Shown here in pieces: positions 26,056 through 36,756 of a stretch of 50,646 bases of DNA (position 1 is the stretch's first letter; every line of letters begins with the position of its first letter). Origin of the DNA: Verrucomicrobiota bacterium (GTDB lineage: Bacteria; Bacteroidota; Bacteroidia; Flavobacteriales_E; Vicingaceae); NCBI GenBank assembly GCA_002713165.1, contig PAVT01000010.1:1-50646 (forward strand), in the 5' to 3' direction. The notes under the pieces were generated by a model. That model worked only from the letters and a program-made list of their open reading frames with translations. It was not told the origin of the DNA and did not search any database. A program made the translations under genes and the position numbers.

Positions 26056-28812
26056 ATGGACAAGTTTTCCTACCTCAGTAATGCAGATGTTTCTGCCATT
26101 GAACAGCTTTACCAAAACTTCTTAACCGACCCCGCTTCAGTAGAGGAAGAGTGGGCCAAATTTTTTCAAGGCTTCGAATTTGCCCAGAAAAATTTTGGTG
26201 AAGTAGAGAGTAAACAAACTAAAGCGGTATTTGAATCTCAATTAGATTTCGACAGAGAATTCAAGGTGTTGAACTTGATCAATGGCTACCGTACGCGTGG
26301 TCACCTGTTCACAAAAACCAATCCAGTTAGAGACAGGAGAAAATACAATCCTACACTCGACATTGAAAACTTTGGGCTTTCCAAAGCGGATTTAGATGTG
26401 AAATTTAAAGCTGGGATTGAAATAGGCCTGGCAAATGCCACCCTCTCTGAGATTGTTGAGCACCTGAAAGAGACCTATTGTAATTCAATCGGTGTTGAAT
26501 ATCGCTACATACGCACACCAGAGAAAGTCCAATGGTTGCAAGAAAAATTAGAGACCCATCGCAATCGTCCAAACTTCAGCGAGGATGAAAAAAAGCACAT
26601 GTTAAGAAAATTGAGTCAAGCAGTCATGTTTGAACAGTTTTTACACAAAAAATTTGTTGGGCAAAAGCGGTTTTCATTGGAAGGGGGAGAGTCTTTAATC
26701 CCTGCGCTTGATGCAATCATTGAGATGGGGGCGAAGCAGGGTATTGAAGAATTTGTTGTGGGAATGGCACACAGAGGGAGATTGAATGTTTTGGCCAACA
26801 TTTTTAACAAAACCTATGAATCCATATTTAGCGAATTTGAAGGGAAGGAATACGAAGACAATTTATTTGATGGAGATGTAAAGTATCATTTGGGCTACTC
26901 TTGTGACATAGAGACAGACAATGGGAATTTTGTTAAACTCACCATGTCTCCTAATCCGTCACACCTAGAAGCTGTAGATCCAGTTGTGCAGGGCATAGCA
27001 AAAGCCAAAGTAGATGACTATGTTGGAGACCCAATGAAGGTTGCTCCAATTTTAATTCACGGAGATGCCTCTATAGCAGGGCAAGGAATTGTATATGAAG
27101 TGGTCCAAATGGCCAATCTTCAAGCATACAGCACAGGAGGTACGATACACATTGTAATTAATAACCAAATTGGATTTACCACCAACTATTTGGACGCTAG
27201 ATCCAGCACCTATTGTACAGATGTTGCAAAAGTGACCTTGTGTCCTGTTTTTCATGTAAATGGAGACGATGTAGAAGCAGTTGTGCATACAATAAAAATG
27301 GCGCTAGAGTACAGGAATAAATTCAAAAAGGATGTATTTGTGGACCTATTGTGTTACCGAAAATATGGCCACAACGAGGGAGATGAGCCAAGGTTCACCC
27401 AACCAATATTGTACAAAGCAATTGCAAAACACCCCAATCCACGTGAAATTTATTTGGAGCACTTGATCAATAAAGGATTAATAACTAAGGATGAAGCCCT
27501 GAAAAATAAAGATGTTTTTAACCAGCTTCTTCAGGATCGATTGACAGATTCCAAAGAGATTGATAAGGCATTTATCACCCATTTCCTCGAAAAGACTTGG
27601 GACGGAATACGGGCCTCCAAGGACGAGGACTTTGAATCCTCACCGAAAACTGCTGTTGGCAGGAAAATACTGGAGAATATAGCCAAAGCGGTTACGACAC
27701 TTCCTTCAGATAAGCCTTTTTTCAGAAAGTCGGCTAAATTGCTAGAAGACCGTAAGCGAAGGATGGAAGGCGCTGGTCAATTGGACTGGGGTATGGCGGA
27801 AACACTTGCTTATGGCTCTCTGTTAGAAGAAGGTCACCCAGTAAGAATCACCGGACAGGATGTTGAGCGAGGTACATTCTCACACCGCCATGCGGTCTTA
27901 AAAGTTGAGGAATCAGAAGAAGAGTACATTCCACTTCAGCACATAAGTAAAAAACAAGCAAGATTTCATATATACAATTCACTGCTTTCTGAGTATGGAG
28001 TGCTTGGATTTGAATACGGTTATTCTATGGCAACGCCCAACGGCTTGATTGTATGGGAAGCACAATTTGGAGATTTTAACAATGGGGCACAGATCATTAT
28101 AGATCAGTTTCTCAGCAGTGCGGAAGATAAATGGATGAGCAAAAGTGGCTTGGTTTTGTATTTGCCCCATGGCTATGAAGGTCAAGGCGCAGAGCACTCA
28201 AGTGCACGACTGGAGCGGTACCTTACATTGAGTGCTGATAGAAACATGCAAGTGGTCAATTGTACCACCCCTGCAAACTTTTTCCATGTGCTAAGACGGC
28301 AATTAAAGCGGCCTTTCAGAACACCTTTGATCATCATGACACCTAAGAGTCTATTGCGTCATCCTGATGCAGTTTCTAAAATTGACTCCCTTACAAACGG
28401 AGGTTTTCAAGAAATAATTGACGATTCAGAAGTAAAAGCATCTGAGGTAAATACCCTTGTTTGTTGTTCGGGAAAACTTTATTATGAACTGAGCAACGCT
28501 CGCAATAAACAAGAGGCTATGGACATTGCAATTGTTCGCATAGAGCAGTTATATCCATTTCCGCAAGCACAATTTGATGCCTTAGTGAAAAGATATAGAA
28601 ACCTAGAAAAATTGTTGTGGATACAAGAAGAACCAGAAAACATGGGTGCGTGGAGGTACATTAAGACGACCACAAACCAAGGGGCCCAGTGGAGTTTGAT
28701 CAGTAGATTTGCAAGTGCAAGCCCGGCCTCTGGCTCTTCAAAAGTATTCTCAAACCGCCAGCAAGGCATTATCGATGAAATGTTGGCTCACTCATTGATA
28801 CATTCGAAATAA
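26056..28812 (+). CDS. sucA: 2-oxoglutarate dehydrogenase E1 component
   Basis: 918 aa. Contains N-terminal LSNADVSAIEQLYQNFLTDP, GYRTRGH, KRFSLEGGESLIP and GMAHRGRLNVLAN, all typical of SucA. Confidence 0.95.
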   Translation: MDKFSYLSNADVSAIEQLYQNFLTDPASVEEEWAKFFQGFEFAQKNFGEVESKQTKAVFESQLDFDREFKVLNLINGYRTRGHLFTKTNPVRDRRKYNPTLDIENFGLSKADLDVKFKAGIEIGLANATLSEIVEHLKETYCNSIGVEYRYIRTPEKVQWLQEKLETHRNRPNFSEDEKKHMLRKLSQAVMFEQFLHKKFVGQKRFSLEGGESLIPALDAIIEMGAKQGIEEFVVGMAHRGRLNVLANIFNKTYESIFSEFEGKEYEDNLFDGDVKYHLGYSCDIETDNGNFVKLTMSPNPSHLEAVDPVVQGIAKAKVDDYVGDPMKVAPILIHGDASIAGQGIVYEVVQMANLQAYSTGGTIHIVINNQIGFTTNYLDARSSTYCTDVAKVTLCPVFHVNGDDVEAVVHTIKMALEYRNKFKKDVFVDLLCYRKYGHNEGDEPRFTQPILYKAIAKHPNPREIYLEHLINKGLITKDEALKNKDVFNQLLQDRLTDSKEIDKAFITHFLEKTWDGIRASKDEDFESSPKTAVGRKILENIAKAVTTLPSDKPFFRKSAKLLEDRKRRMEGAGQLDWGMAETLAYGSLLEEGHPVRITGQDVERGTFSHRHAVLKVEESEEEYIPLQHISKKQARFHIYNSLLSEYGVLGFEYGYSMATPNGLIVWEAQFGDFNNGAQIIIDQFLSSAEDKWMSKSGLVLYLPHGYEGQGAEHSSARLERYLTLSADRNMQVVNCTTPANFFHVLRRQLKRPFRTPLIIMTPKSLLRHPDAVSKIDSLTNGGFQEIIDDSEVKASEVNTLVCCSGKLYYELSNARNKQEAMDIAIVRIEQLYPFPQAQFDALVKRYRNLEKLLWIQEEPENMGAWRYIKTTTNQGAQWSLISRFASASPASGSSKVFSNRQQGIIDEMLAHSLIHSK

Positions 28813-28824
28813 CTAAAATTCATT

Positions 28825-30063
28825 ATGGAAGAAGTTAAAGTTCCAAGTCCTGGAGAGTCCATTTCCGAAGTAGATTTAGCATCATGGACAGTTTCAGAAG
28901 GAGATTACGTAAATATAGATGATGTAATTGCAGAGATTGACTCTGACAAGGCAACACTTGAACTAACTGCAACAGCCAGCGGTACCATTTCTTTTAAGGC
29001 CGAGGAAGGAGACACTTTAGCCGTGGGTGATGTGATTGCAGAAATAGACACCAAGGCAAAGGCGCCGGCCAAGGCCAAGAGTCCCGAAAAAGCTGTTCGA
29101 GCCGAAGAAAAAGCAATTGCAAAAGAAACCAAGAATGAAAACTTACCTCAAGTAGCTAAGGAAAAAATTGTAGCGAATGCATCGCCGCTAGCAAAGAAAA
29201 TGATGGAGACAAATAAAATTTCTCCTGAAGATGTTAATGGAACTGGACATTCGGGGCGCATTACCAAAAAAGATGTTGTCAATGCTATGGCAGCTGGCAT
29301 CAACCCAGCCACTGCAAAAGGTTGGGGCGGCACAAGAGATCAAGACCGCCAAAAGATGAGTTCGTTGCGGCGTAAGGTAGCTGAACGTTTAGTTTCAGTG
29401 AAGAATGAAACGGCAATGTTGACGACATTCAATGAGATAGACATGAGCAATGTTATGGCTTTGCGGTCAAAAATGAAGGAACAATTTAGAACACAATACG
29501 ATGTTAACTTGGGCTTTATGTCGTTCTTCACTAAAGCAGTCACAGAGGCCTTAAATCATTTTCCTGCTGTAAATGCAATGATTGACGGCAACGAAATTGT
29601 ATACCATGATTATGCAGATGTAGGAATTGCGGTCAGTAGTCCTAAAGGATTGATGGTTCCGGTATTGCGCAACGCAGAGCAAATGAATTTTGCAGAGATT
29701 GAATCTGAAATCAAGCGTTTAGCTGTCAAAGCAAGAGATGGCAAACTTTCGTTGGAAGAGATGACAGGAGGAACTTTTACCATTACCAACGGTGGAGTTT
29801 TCGGTTCCATGATGAGCACGCCTATCATTAACCCACCACAATCTGCCATACTTGGAATGCACAACATCGTAGAGCGTGCAGTCGTAGTAGACGGTGAAGT
29901 TGTCGTGAGGCCGATTATGTATGTAGCCTTATCCTACGATCACCGTATTATCGATGGTAAAGAATCAGTAAGTTTCCTTGTGAAGGTAAAAGATATGATA
30001 GAAAATCCAACGAAAATCATTTTTGGAGGAAAATCTCCTGAAGAGGTTTTACTTGGTTTATAA
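28825..30063 (+). CDS. sucB: Dihydrolipoyllysine-residue succinyltransferase (E2o)
   Basis: Lipoyl domain EIDSDKATLEL, an Ala/Lys linker, a PSBD, and a catalytic domain ending SYDHRIIDGKESV. Confidence 0.95.
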   Translation: MEEVKVPSPGESISEVDLASWTVSEGDYVNIDDVIAEIDSDKATLELTATASGTISFKAEEGDTLAVGDVIAEIDTKAKAPAKAKSPEKAVRAEEKAIAKETKNENLPQVAKEKIVANASPLAKKMMETNKISPEDVNGTGHSGRITKKDVVNAMAAGINPATAKGWGGTRDQDRQKMSSLRRKVAERLVSVKNETAMLTTFNEIDMSNVMALRSKMKEQFRTQYDVNLGFMSFFTKAVTEALNHFPAVNAMIDGNEIVYHDYADVGIAVSSPKGLMVPVLRNAEQMNFAEIESEIKRLAVKARDGKLSLEEMTGGTFTITNGGVFGSMMSTPIINPPQSAILGMHNIVERAVVVDGEVVVRPIMYVALSYDHRIIDGKESVSFLVKVKDMIENPTKIIFGGKSPEEVLLGL

Positions 30064-30073
30064 ATTGCACAAT

Positions 30074-30538
30074 ATGCGCACAGTACTATTGCTCCTCTTT
30101 GTTGGTTCTTCGAGCATTCTGTTTGCCCAAAAAGGTGTACTTACACTTCAAGGGCGTGTTGAGAATCAGAAAGTACGCATACCTAATGTGGTAATTGAAG
30201 TGTATAAAGACAACGAATTGTTTTTAACCGATTCTACGGAAAGAAACGGTGTGTATAAGGTAGATCTTGATTTAGGCTCAGTCTACAATGTGTCCTTCAA
30301 GAAGAAAGGCTATGTTAGAAAGTCCATTGCGGTAGTAGGGCAATCAGAAAAGATAGAACAAGGTCGCTACTTTTTTCAATTAGACATTGAATTGTTTCGT
30401 CTTGATCAAGAAGGACTAGATCATTCAGTATTGCCTCCTGCTGCTATGTTGTATCTTGTGGACGATAAAACAGGGTTTGCATACGACAAGCGTTATGTTA
30501 AATGGATATCTGGCGAGTACAGAGACTTGGACGATTAA
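30074..30538 (+). CDS. Secreted hypothetical protein (CarboxypepD_reg-like beta-sandwich?)
   Basis: The start was moved to MRTVLLLLFVGSSSILFA|QKG (signal peptide). The track start at 30023 overlaps the sucB end. Confidence 0.6.
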   Translation: MRTVLLLLFVGSSSILFAQKGVLTLQGRVENQKVRIPNVVIEVYKDNELFLTDSTERNGVYKVDLDLGSVYNVSFKKKGYVRKSIAVVGQSEKIEQGRYFFQLDIELFRLDQEGLDHSVLPPAAMLYLVDDKTGFAYDKRYVKWISGEYRDLDD

Positions 30539-30565
30539 TACCCTAAAAATGGACCTAACACTATC

Positions 30566-31846
30566 ATGAGAGTTTTAATTCTTGGCTCAGGCGGACGAGA
30601 GCATGCTATCGCTTGGAAAATAAGTCAAAGTCATACATTGGACCAATTGTTCGTGGCTCCAGGAAATCCTGGAACGGAGCAAGTGGGAACCAATCTCAAT
30701 CTCGACATTCTCAATTTCCCCTTGATTGCCGATGCAATTAAAGAACATCAAATTGACTTATTGGTCATCGGTCCAGAAGCACCTTTGGTAGAAGGTATTG
30801 TCGATTTTTTAAGGGCAGATGATTCTTTGAATAAACTAAGGATTATTGGACCAGACAAAAGTGGTGCACTACTAGAGGGAAGTAAAGACTTTGCAAAGTC
30901 ATTTATGAACAGGTATGGAATACCTACTGCAAGACACAAGTCATTTTCTAAGGGCCAGTTAGCTGAGGCTCAACAATTTTTAAATGAAATAGAACCGCCA
31001 TATGTTTTAAAGGCCGATGGCTTAGCTGCCGGGAAAGGGGTTCTGATCATTGATCATATTCATGAGGCGAAGGATGAATTGCGCTCTATGTTAGAGAATC
31101 AAAAATTTGGAGTAGCATCATCCACAGTGGTCATTGAAGAATATTTAGATGGCATTGAAATGTCAGTCTTTGTATTGAGTGATGGAAACCATTACAAACT
31201 GTTGCCCGAAGCAAAAGATTACAAACGCATTGGAGAAGGGGATACTGGGTTAAATACTGGAGGAATGGGAGCGGTTTCTCCTGTGCCCTTTGCAAGCCAA
31301 TCATTAATGCATAAGATTGAGGAAAAGATCATAAAGAGAACCATCGAAGGTCTAAAGGCCGACAAGGTACATTATTGCGGGTTTATCTTTATTGGATTGA
31401 TGATCGTTGATAGAGAGCCATTCGTAATTGAGTACAATGTGCGCATGGGTGATCCAGAAACAGAAGTAGTAATGCCAAGAATTGATGCTGATTTGTTACA
31501 GCTGCTTGATGCTGCTGCTAGAGGGTCACTAGATAGCATTAAGATAAAACATAAAAAAGAAGCTGCAGCAACGGTAATCTTGGTCTCAAAGGGGTATCCA
31601 GAGAGTTATCATAAAGGCTATACCATTGAAGGCCTGGATAATATCAATTCAGCATTAATTTTTCATGCGGGGACAAAGACTGAAGGAGAGTCCATCAGTA
31701 CAAATGGAGGAAGGGTGTTGGCCGTGACTTCAGTCGAAAACACATTGAAAGAAGCTCTCGCTCAATGCTATAAGAATTGTGAACAAGTAAATTTTGAAGG
31801 TAAAACCTTTAGGAAAGATATTGGATTGGACGTGCTGTTGAATTGA
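30566..31846 (+). CDS. purD: Phosphoribosylamine--glycine ligase
   Basis: MRVLILGSGGREHAIAWK, LKADGLAAGKGV and NVRMGDPETEVV. Confidence 0.95.
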   Translation: MRVLILGSGGREHAIAWKISQSHTLDQLFVAPGNPGTEQVGTNLNLDILNFPLIADAIKEHQIDLLVIGPEAPLVEGIVDFLRADDSLNKLRIIGPDKSGALLEGSKDFAKSFMNRYGIPTARHKSFSKGQLAEAQQFLNEIEPPYVLKADGLAAGKGVLIIDHIHEAKDELRSMLENQKFGVASSTVVIEEYLDGIEMSVFVLSDGNHYKLLPEAKDYKRIGEGDTGLNTGGMGAVSPVPFASQSLMHKIEEKIIKRTIEGLKADKVHYCGFIFIGLMIVDREPFVIEYNVRMGDPETEVVMPRIDADLLQLLDAAARGSLDSIKIKHKKEAAATVILVSKGYPESYHKGYTIEGLDNINSALIFHAGTKTEGESISTNGGRVLAVTSVENTLKEALAQCYKNCEQVNFEGKTFRKDIGLDVLLN

Positions 31847-31847
31847 A

Positions 31848-32045
31848 TCACTCGACACCGCCTGTTCTCTTGGCTGCTGCTTTGTATTTAACAAGTTCTC
31901 TGAGCCAATAAATAAGGCCACCAAAGATGACTAAGGTAAAAATAATATTTGGCACGTTTCCAAGTGCATGAAAAACTTGAAAGGTCATTTCTAGAAAATC
32001 ACCAATGCCGTAAACAATATCATTCCATTTCATATAAAATATCAT
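31848..32045 (-). CDS. Small membrane protein (65 aa), unknown function
   Basis: One clear TM segment (NIIFTLVIFGGLIYWL) and a basic tail. Convergent with purD. Confidence 0.5.
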   Translation of the reverse strand: MIFYMKWNDIVYGIGDFLEMTFQVFHALGNVPNIIFTLVIFGGLIYWLRELVKYKAAAKRTGGVE

Positions 32046-32108
32046 TTTTTATCTTGCACAAAAGTATTAAAACTTGACCTTCTTGAGACTACTTAAGCTT
32101 TATTATTA

Positions 32109-33059
32109 ATGCGACAAATTCCAAACACCTTTCGCAAACATAGTTTGCTCCCCGGTCTAGTATTTCTGCTCGCTATTGTATTCGCCACTTTTGCAATGTT
32201 TAAGGCTTATTCTTTTGATGACTATCATCAGTTAGATTCAATTTATGTGCTTCGGCTAAAGAATGCTTGGAGAATAGGGTTGAGTGTTTGTACGCTTGTA
32301 GCAACACTACTGTTGTTCTACAATGCCTTGAAAAAAAGCCAAGTATTAGAGGTTTCCTTGCATCAATTGGCCTTTATATTCTCAATGTTCATGGCCTATG
32401 AACCGTATATTTTGTTGAATGTTGAAGTAGTTTTTACTTTTTTATTCAATGTCTTAAGCCTAATAGTACTGCTCCAAATTCACAATCAAGCTGAAATTTC
32501 TTCTTTTCTTTTTAAGTCCGCCTTATTCGCAGGCATTGCTACACTTATTTATCTGCCAAATGGAGCCATGGTAATATTGTTGTTTTGTGGTGCTATTATA
32601 TTGAGGCCACTGTCAATAAGAAACACGCTCAATCTTTTGATTGGATTTGTTTTACCATTGATCTATTATTTTGGAGTTGCGTATTTGTTTGATCTAAATC
32701 CTAATTTCATCCACAATGACCTACTTTCTAGGAATAGTATAAATTTCATGACGATTGGAGTTGTCTTGTCGGACAGTACCACAGTGGGATTGCTTGTTTT
32801 ATCATTTATCGGAGCTATTTCAGCTCATATAAAACGAGCAAACCTCGTTGTAAATCAAAGAAATCAGTTGACGATCATTTTTCTAAGCTGGGCCATTTTT
32901 TCATTTTTATTTTTCTTCAAACATCCTATATTCATCATACCTACTGGACTTATTTCCTCTGCTTTTATTGCAGGCCTATATAAAGCTTCAAGGCTTAAGT
33001 TTTTAATGGAAATTCTCCTCATTGCCACATATTCGATTTTGCTGTTTGATTTGCTCTAA
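32109..33059 (+). CDS. Polytopic membrane protein (316 aa), unknown function
   Basis: About 9 hydrophobic segments and no recognisable catalytic motif. Confidence 0.65.
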   Translation: MRQIPNTFRKHSLLPGLVFLLAIVFATFAMFKAYSFDDYHQLDSIYVLRLKNAWRIGLSVCTLVATLLLFYNALKKSQVLEVSLHQLAFIFSMFMAYEPYILLNVEVVFTFLFNVLSLIVLLQIHNQAEISSFLFKSALFAGIATLIYLPNGAMVILLFCGAIILRPLSIRNTLNLLIGFVLPLIYYFGVAYLFDLNPNFIHNDLLSRNSINFMTIGVVLSDSTTVGLLVLSFIGAISAHIKRANLVVNQRNQLTIIFLSWAIFSFLFFFKHPIFIIPTGLISSAFIAGLYKASRLKFLMEILLIATYSILLFDLL

Positions 33060-33113
33060 TTTCTAAGAGACAAGCTTTGTGATTTGATTACTTTTGACCC
33101 AAAATGCATTGTA

Positions 33114-33803
33114 ATGAGATTTGGCGTAATTACCTTTCCTGGCTCAAACTGTGATCAGGACATGATTTATGTGCTAGAGCATATAATGGGTTTAACTGTA
33201 GAACGTTTGTGGCACAAAGAAACAGACCTTAAAGGCGTGGATTTTGTTGTCTTGCCTGGGGGCTTTTCTTATGGAGATTATTTGCGTTCAGGAGCCATTG
33301 CCAATTATTCTCCAATCATGAAAGAAGTGATGCATCATGCAAATAGGGGTGGGTATGTTTTAGGAATATGCAATGGCTTTCAAATTTTATGCGAATCACA
33401 ATTGTTGCCAGGGACCTTGTTGCACAATGACCATCAAAAATTTATGTGCAAGAATACTTTCCTCAAGGCGGCAAACAATGCCTCTTTGATCAACCAAAAG
33501 GTAGATGTAAACACAGTATTAAAAATACCCATTGCACATGCAGAGGGTCGCTTTTATGCCCCCGAAGACTTATTGAATGAGATTGTAGCAAATGACCAGG
33601 TAATCTACCACTATTGCGACGAAGCAGGAAACATCAGCCCTGAATCAAACCCAAATGGCTCTGTCCAGAACATTGCAGGTGTTTGCAATGCTGAAAGGAA
33701 TGTGTTTGGGATGATGCCGCATCCCGAGCGCGCTGCAGATCCAGAATTGGGAAATACGGATGGACTGAAAATTCTTGAAGGTCTGCTCGAGGATTTAGTA
33801 TAG
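33114..33803 (+). CDS. purQ: Phosphoribosylformylglycinamidine synthase subunit PurQ (glutaminase)
   Basis: MRFGVITFPGSNCDQD, LPGGFSYGDYLR, GICNGFQIL and MMPHPER. The start was set at the MRFGV ATG. Confidence 0.92.
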   Translation: MRFGVITFPGSNCDQDMIYVLEHIMGLTVERLWHKETDLKGVDFVVLPGGFSYGDYLRSGAIANYSPIMKEVMHHANRGGYVLGICNGFQILCESQLLPGTLLHNDHQKFMCKNTFLKAANNASLINQKVDVNTVLKIPIAHAEGRFYAPEDLLNEIVANDQVIYHYCDEAGNISPESNPNGSVQNIAGVCNAERNVFGMMPHPERAADPELGNTDGLKILEGLLEDLV

Positions 33804-33807
33804 TCGC

Positions 33808-34395
33808 CTATTTGAATAAATTCATTTCCTCAACATATACTGCAACTGCTTTTGGCATAAAATGCTGTACTTTTTTGCCTTCAGCAATGGCTTTTCGAAT
33901 GAAAGAAGAGGACACTTTCATTACTGGCGCTTCCACATAGTTTACCTTATAATGCTGTCTTAAATCTCCACCGTTGTTAGATTCCATACGAGGGTAGACA
34001 TATAATTCATGATTTTCGATGATTACACTATGGTTTTTCCATTTGTGAAAATGGTTGAGATTGTCAGCACCCATGATCAAGGCAAATTCTTTTTCAGGGA
34101 ATTTTTCTCTAAGATAGGTGAGCGTATCTATGGTATAGTTCGGTTGAGGTAGACTGAATTCAATGTCAGATGCCCGCAGATTTAGGTCCTCACCAATGGC
34201 CAATTTTACAAGGTGCAAACGGTCGTAATCCTTTAGCATAGATTCCTTTTGCTTAAAAGGATTTTGAGGAGTAACGATCATCCATATTTGTTCTAGATCA
34301 GTAAATTCAACCATGTAATTGGCAATCACCATATGGCCTACATGCACTGGATTGTAGGTCCCAAAAAACAAGCCTATTTTTTTTGCAACGCTCAT
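33808..34395 (-). CDS. nadD: Nicotinate-nucleotide adenylyltransferase
   Basis: IGLFFGTYNPVHVGHM (the GxFxPxHxGH motif) and the C-terminal SSSFIR. Confidence 0.9.
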   Translation of the reverse strand: MSVAKKIGLFFGTYNPVHVGHMVIANYMVEFTDLEQIWMIVTPQNPFKQKESMLKDYDRLHLVKLAIGEDLNLRASDIEFSLPQPNYTIDTLTYLREKFPEKEFALIMGADNLNHFHKWKNHSVIIENHELYVYPRMESNNGGDLRQHYKVNYVEAPVMKVSSSFIRKAIAEGKKVQHFMPKAVAVYVEEMNLFK

Positions 34396-34958
34396 GATTT
34401 TATAAATTCAGTGACTATTTTGTAGCTTTCTTTTTTTGCCAAATCCAAATCGTGGTTTTTTAATATGTAATCAAACTGATGTGCAGTCTCAATTTCTTCT
34501 TTTGCCTTTTTCAATCTTTGTGCGATTTTATCTTCTTGATCTGTCGCCCTTCCGCGTAACCTTTTCTCCAAGGTGACCATGTCTGGAGGCATCACAAAAA
34601 CCGCAAAGGCCTGCTTTCCAAAATATTTTTTTAGATTTAGTCCTCCAACAACATCAACATCAAAAATCACTGTCTTTCCTGCTTTCCAGATGCGCACAAT
34701 TTCTGATTTAAGAGTTCCGTAATAATGATCAATGTACACCTCTTCCCATTCCACAAATGCATCTTCTTGAATGCGTTTTTTAAAGGCATCCATTTCTAAA
34801 AAATAGTAGTCTTTGCCATCTACTTCATTGCCCCGCTTCTTTCTTGTGCAAGCAGAAATGGAAAAAGACAATTCAGGTATCTGACTCAACAAATGCTTCA
34901 CCAAGGTTGTTTTTCCTGCACCTGAGGGGGCTGAAAAGATTATGCATTTACCCATCAA
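34392..34958 (-). CDS. gmk: Guanylate kinase
   Basis: P-loop SAPSGAGKTT, TRKKRGNEVDGKDYYF and EWEEVYIDHYYGT. Confidence 0.93.
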   Translation of the reverse strand: MMGKCIIFSAPSGAGKTTLVKHLLSQIPELSFSISACTRKKRGNEVDGKDYYFLEMDAFKKRIQEDAFVEWEEVYIDHYYGTLKSEIVRIWKAGKTVIFDVDVVGGLNLKKYFGKQAFAVFVMPPDMVTLEKRLRGRATDQEDKIAQRLKKAKEEIETAHQFDYILKNHDLDLAKKESYKIVTEFIKS

Positions 34959-35824
34959 TAGACATTTAGCACTTGTTCTTTAATTTTCTCCAATTCATCT
35001 TTCATCTGTACCACTACTTTTTGCATGCCAGAATGGTTGGCCTTCGATCCCAATGTATTGATCTCCCTGCCCATTTCTTGACTCACAAAGCCCAATTTTT
35101 TCCCTTGACCGGGATCTGCATTTAAAATTTCAAGAAAATAATCACAATGCGTTTTCAGCCGCACTTTTTCCTCGGAAATGTCATACTTCTCGGTATAGTA
35201 TATCACTTCTTGTTCAAAACGATCTTTGTCAATTTTCTCCTTTTGACCTGATTCTTCTAGGTTTTTTAATAGACGTTCACGTACAATGGGGAGACGTTCT
35301 TTTTCCATGAAGGTAATCTTAGTCATCAAAGATTGAATGGTCGTGATGTGTTGCTTGAGGTCCTCAAAGAGGGAATTACCTTCTTTTTTTCTAAAGGTTT
35401 TTAATTCAAAAATGGCTTCATCCAAGACATACTCGATGGCTAAACGATCATTCTCGTCTAACTTGTCTTCTGTGGTTTGTAACACCTCAGGAAACTGAAC
35501 AACCATATTGGCAATCTTTGCCTCCTCTTCATTCAGTTCAGTCAGAACTTCTTTCAGTTGGGTATAGTAATTCTTAAAGACGGCTTTATTGATTTGCTGA
35601 CTAGCCTTTTCTTCTGACGCTTCAATATTGAGGTACATTTCTATTTTTCCTCGTCCGAGGGCATCACTGATACGTTTCCTTAAATCTAGTTCATATTCTT
35701 TGAACAAGGATGGCAGTTTAATGCTAATGTCGGCTTGTTTGCTGTTGAGTGATTTGAGTTGAATGCTCACTTTCCTCCCTGCAACCTCACCTTTTGCATT
35801 GCCGTAACCCGTCATGGAATGTAT
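34955..35824 (-). CDS. yicC: YicC/YloC family protein
   Basis: N-terminal MIHSMTGYG and C-terminal GKKLGFVSQEMGREINTLGSKAN. The start was set at the MIHSMTGYG ATG. Confidence 0.88.
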   Translation of the reverse strand: MHSMTGYGNAKGEVAGRKVSIQLKSLNSKQADISIKLPSLFKEYELDLRKRISDALGRGKIEMYLNIEASEEKASQQINKAVFKNYYTQLKEVLTELNEEEAKIANMVVQFPEVLQTTEDKLDENDRLAIEYVLDEAIFELKTFRKKEGNSLFEDLKQHITTIQSLMTKITFMEKERLPIVRERLLKNLEESGQKEKIDKDRFEQEVIYYTEKYDISEEKVRLKTHCDYFLEILNADPGQGKKLGFVSQEMGREINTLGSKANHSGMQKVVVQMKDELEKIKEQVLNVY

Positions 35825-35850
35825 CATGCTAAAAAAATTTGAGTTCAAAT

Positions 35851-36756
35851 TTAGGCATTTGGAGAAGCTACTTTTTTGCGAATACTTACTAAGTATACAC
35901 CTATGAAGATCAATGTGGCAGAAATGATTTTTATTGCATCAATTTCATCCTGCTTCAAGAACAATGCTACAATTGTGGCTATCAAAGGTTGAGAGTAAAT
36001 ATAGGTGCTTACCACAGAGGGGTTCAATTGCTTCAAGCCGTAAATATTAAATAAGTAGGCAAGAAAAGTAGTGGCAATAACGACAAATAGAAATGCCCAC
36101 CAGATTGAAGGAGTGAATTGAGCCCATTCAATGGACACAAATTCTTCAAAACCAAAGGGAATAACAATCAAAAACCCAAATAAAAACACCCATTTAATTA
36201 CAGTGGTTGCCCGGTACTTGTACATGAGGGGTTTTACTAGCACTAGATAAATTGCATAAGAGGTGGCATTGAGAAAAATGAATAAATCTCCAACGAAATG
36301 ATCTTCTGAAACACTTAATTGATTGCCATGTAAAATAAGCCCTGCAGCACCAGCCAATCCCAAAAATATACCTCCTACCTTTTTGGGAGTAATGCGCTCT
36401 CCTATGAGTGAAGCCGCTATAATGAGCACTAGGATTGGATTGCAGGTCATGATAATGGCGGCATTGATGGGGGTCGTCAGGTTCAATCCATAAAAAAACA
36501 TCAATTGATTGCCTGCCACTCCAAAGAGACCACACAACATAAGAATTTTCCAATCTTGCTTTTCTATTTTTTCATTTTTCATCCAAAAACTCAGAAGCCA
36601 AAAGAGTCCAAGTGCCCCAAGTACACGACAAAAAATAAATCCAAAAGGACTGATGTATTCTGGCATCACCTCTTTGGCAACTGAATAATTAACACCATAA
36701 ATTAAATTGGCACCGACTATGGCAAGGTGCGCAAGAAGAATGGAACCTTTTTTCAA
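35851..36756 (-). CDS. DMT superfamily (EamA-type) transporter
   Basis: 10 TM segments arranged as two EamA repeats. Confidence 0.8.
   Translation of the reverse strand: MKKGSILLAHLAIVGANLIYGVNYSVAKEVMPEYISPFGFIFCRVLGALGLFWLLSFWMKNEKIEKQDWKILMLCGLFGVAGNQLMFFYGLNLTTPINAAIIMTCNPILVLIIAASLIGERITPKKVGGIFLGLAGAAGLILHGNQLSVSEDHFVGDLFIFLNATSYAIYLVLVKPLMYKYRATTVIKWVFLFGFLIVIPFGFEEFVSIEWAQFTPSIWWAFLFVVIATTFLAYLFNIYGLKQLNPSVVSTYIYSQPLIATIVALFLKQDEIDAIKIISATLIFIGVYLVSIRKKVASPNA

Noticed and set aside
36194-36553. A 119-aa same-strand, alternative-frame ORF inside the EamA transporter gene.
   Set aside because: The EamA frame gives a coherent 10-TM protein. The alternative frame is Arg/His/Cys-rich noise.
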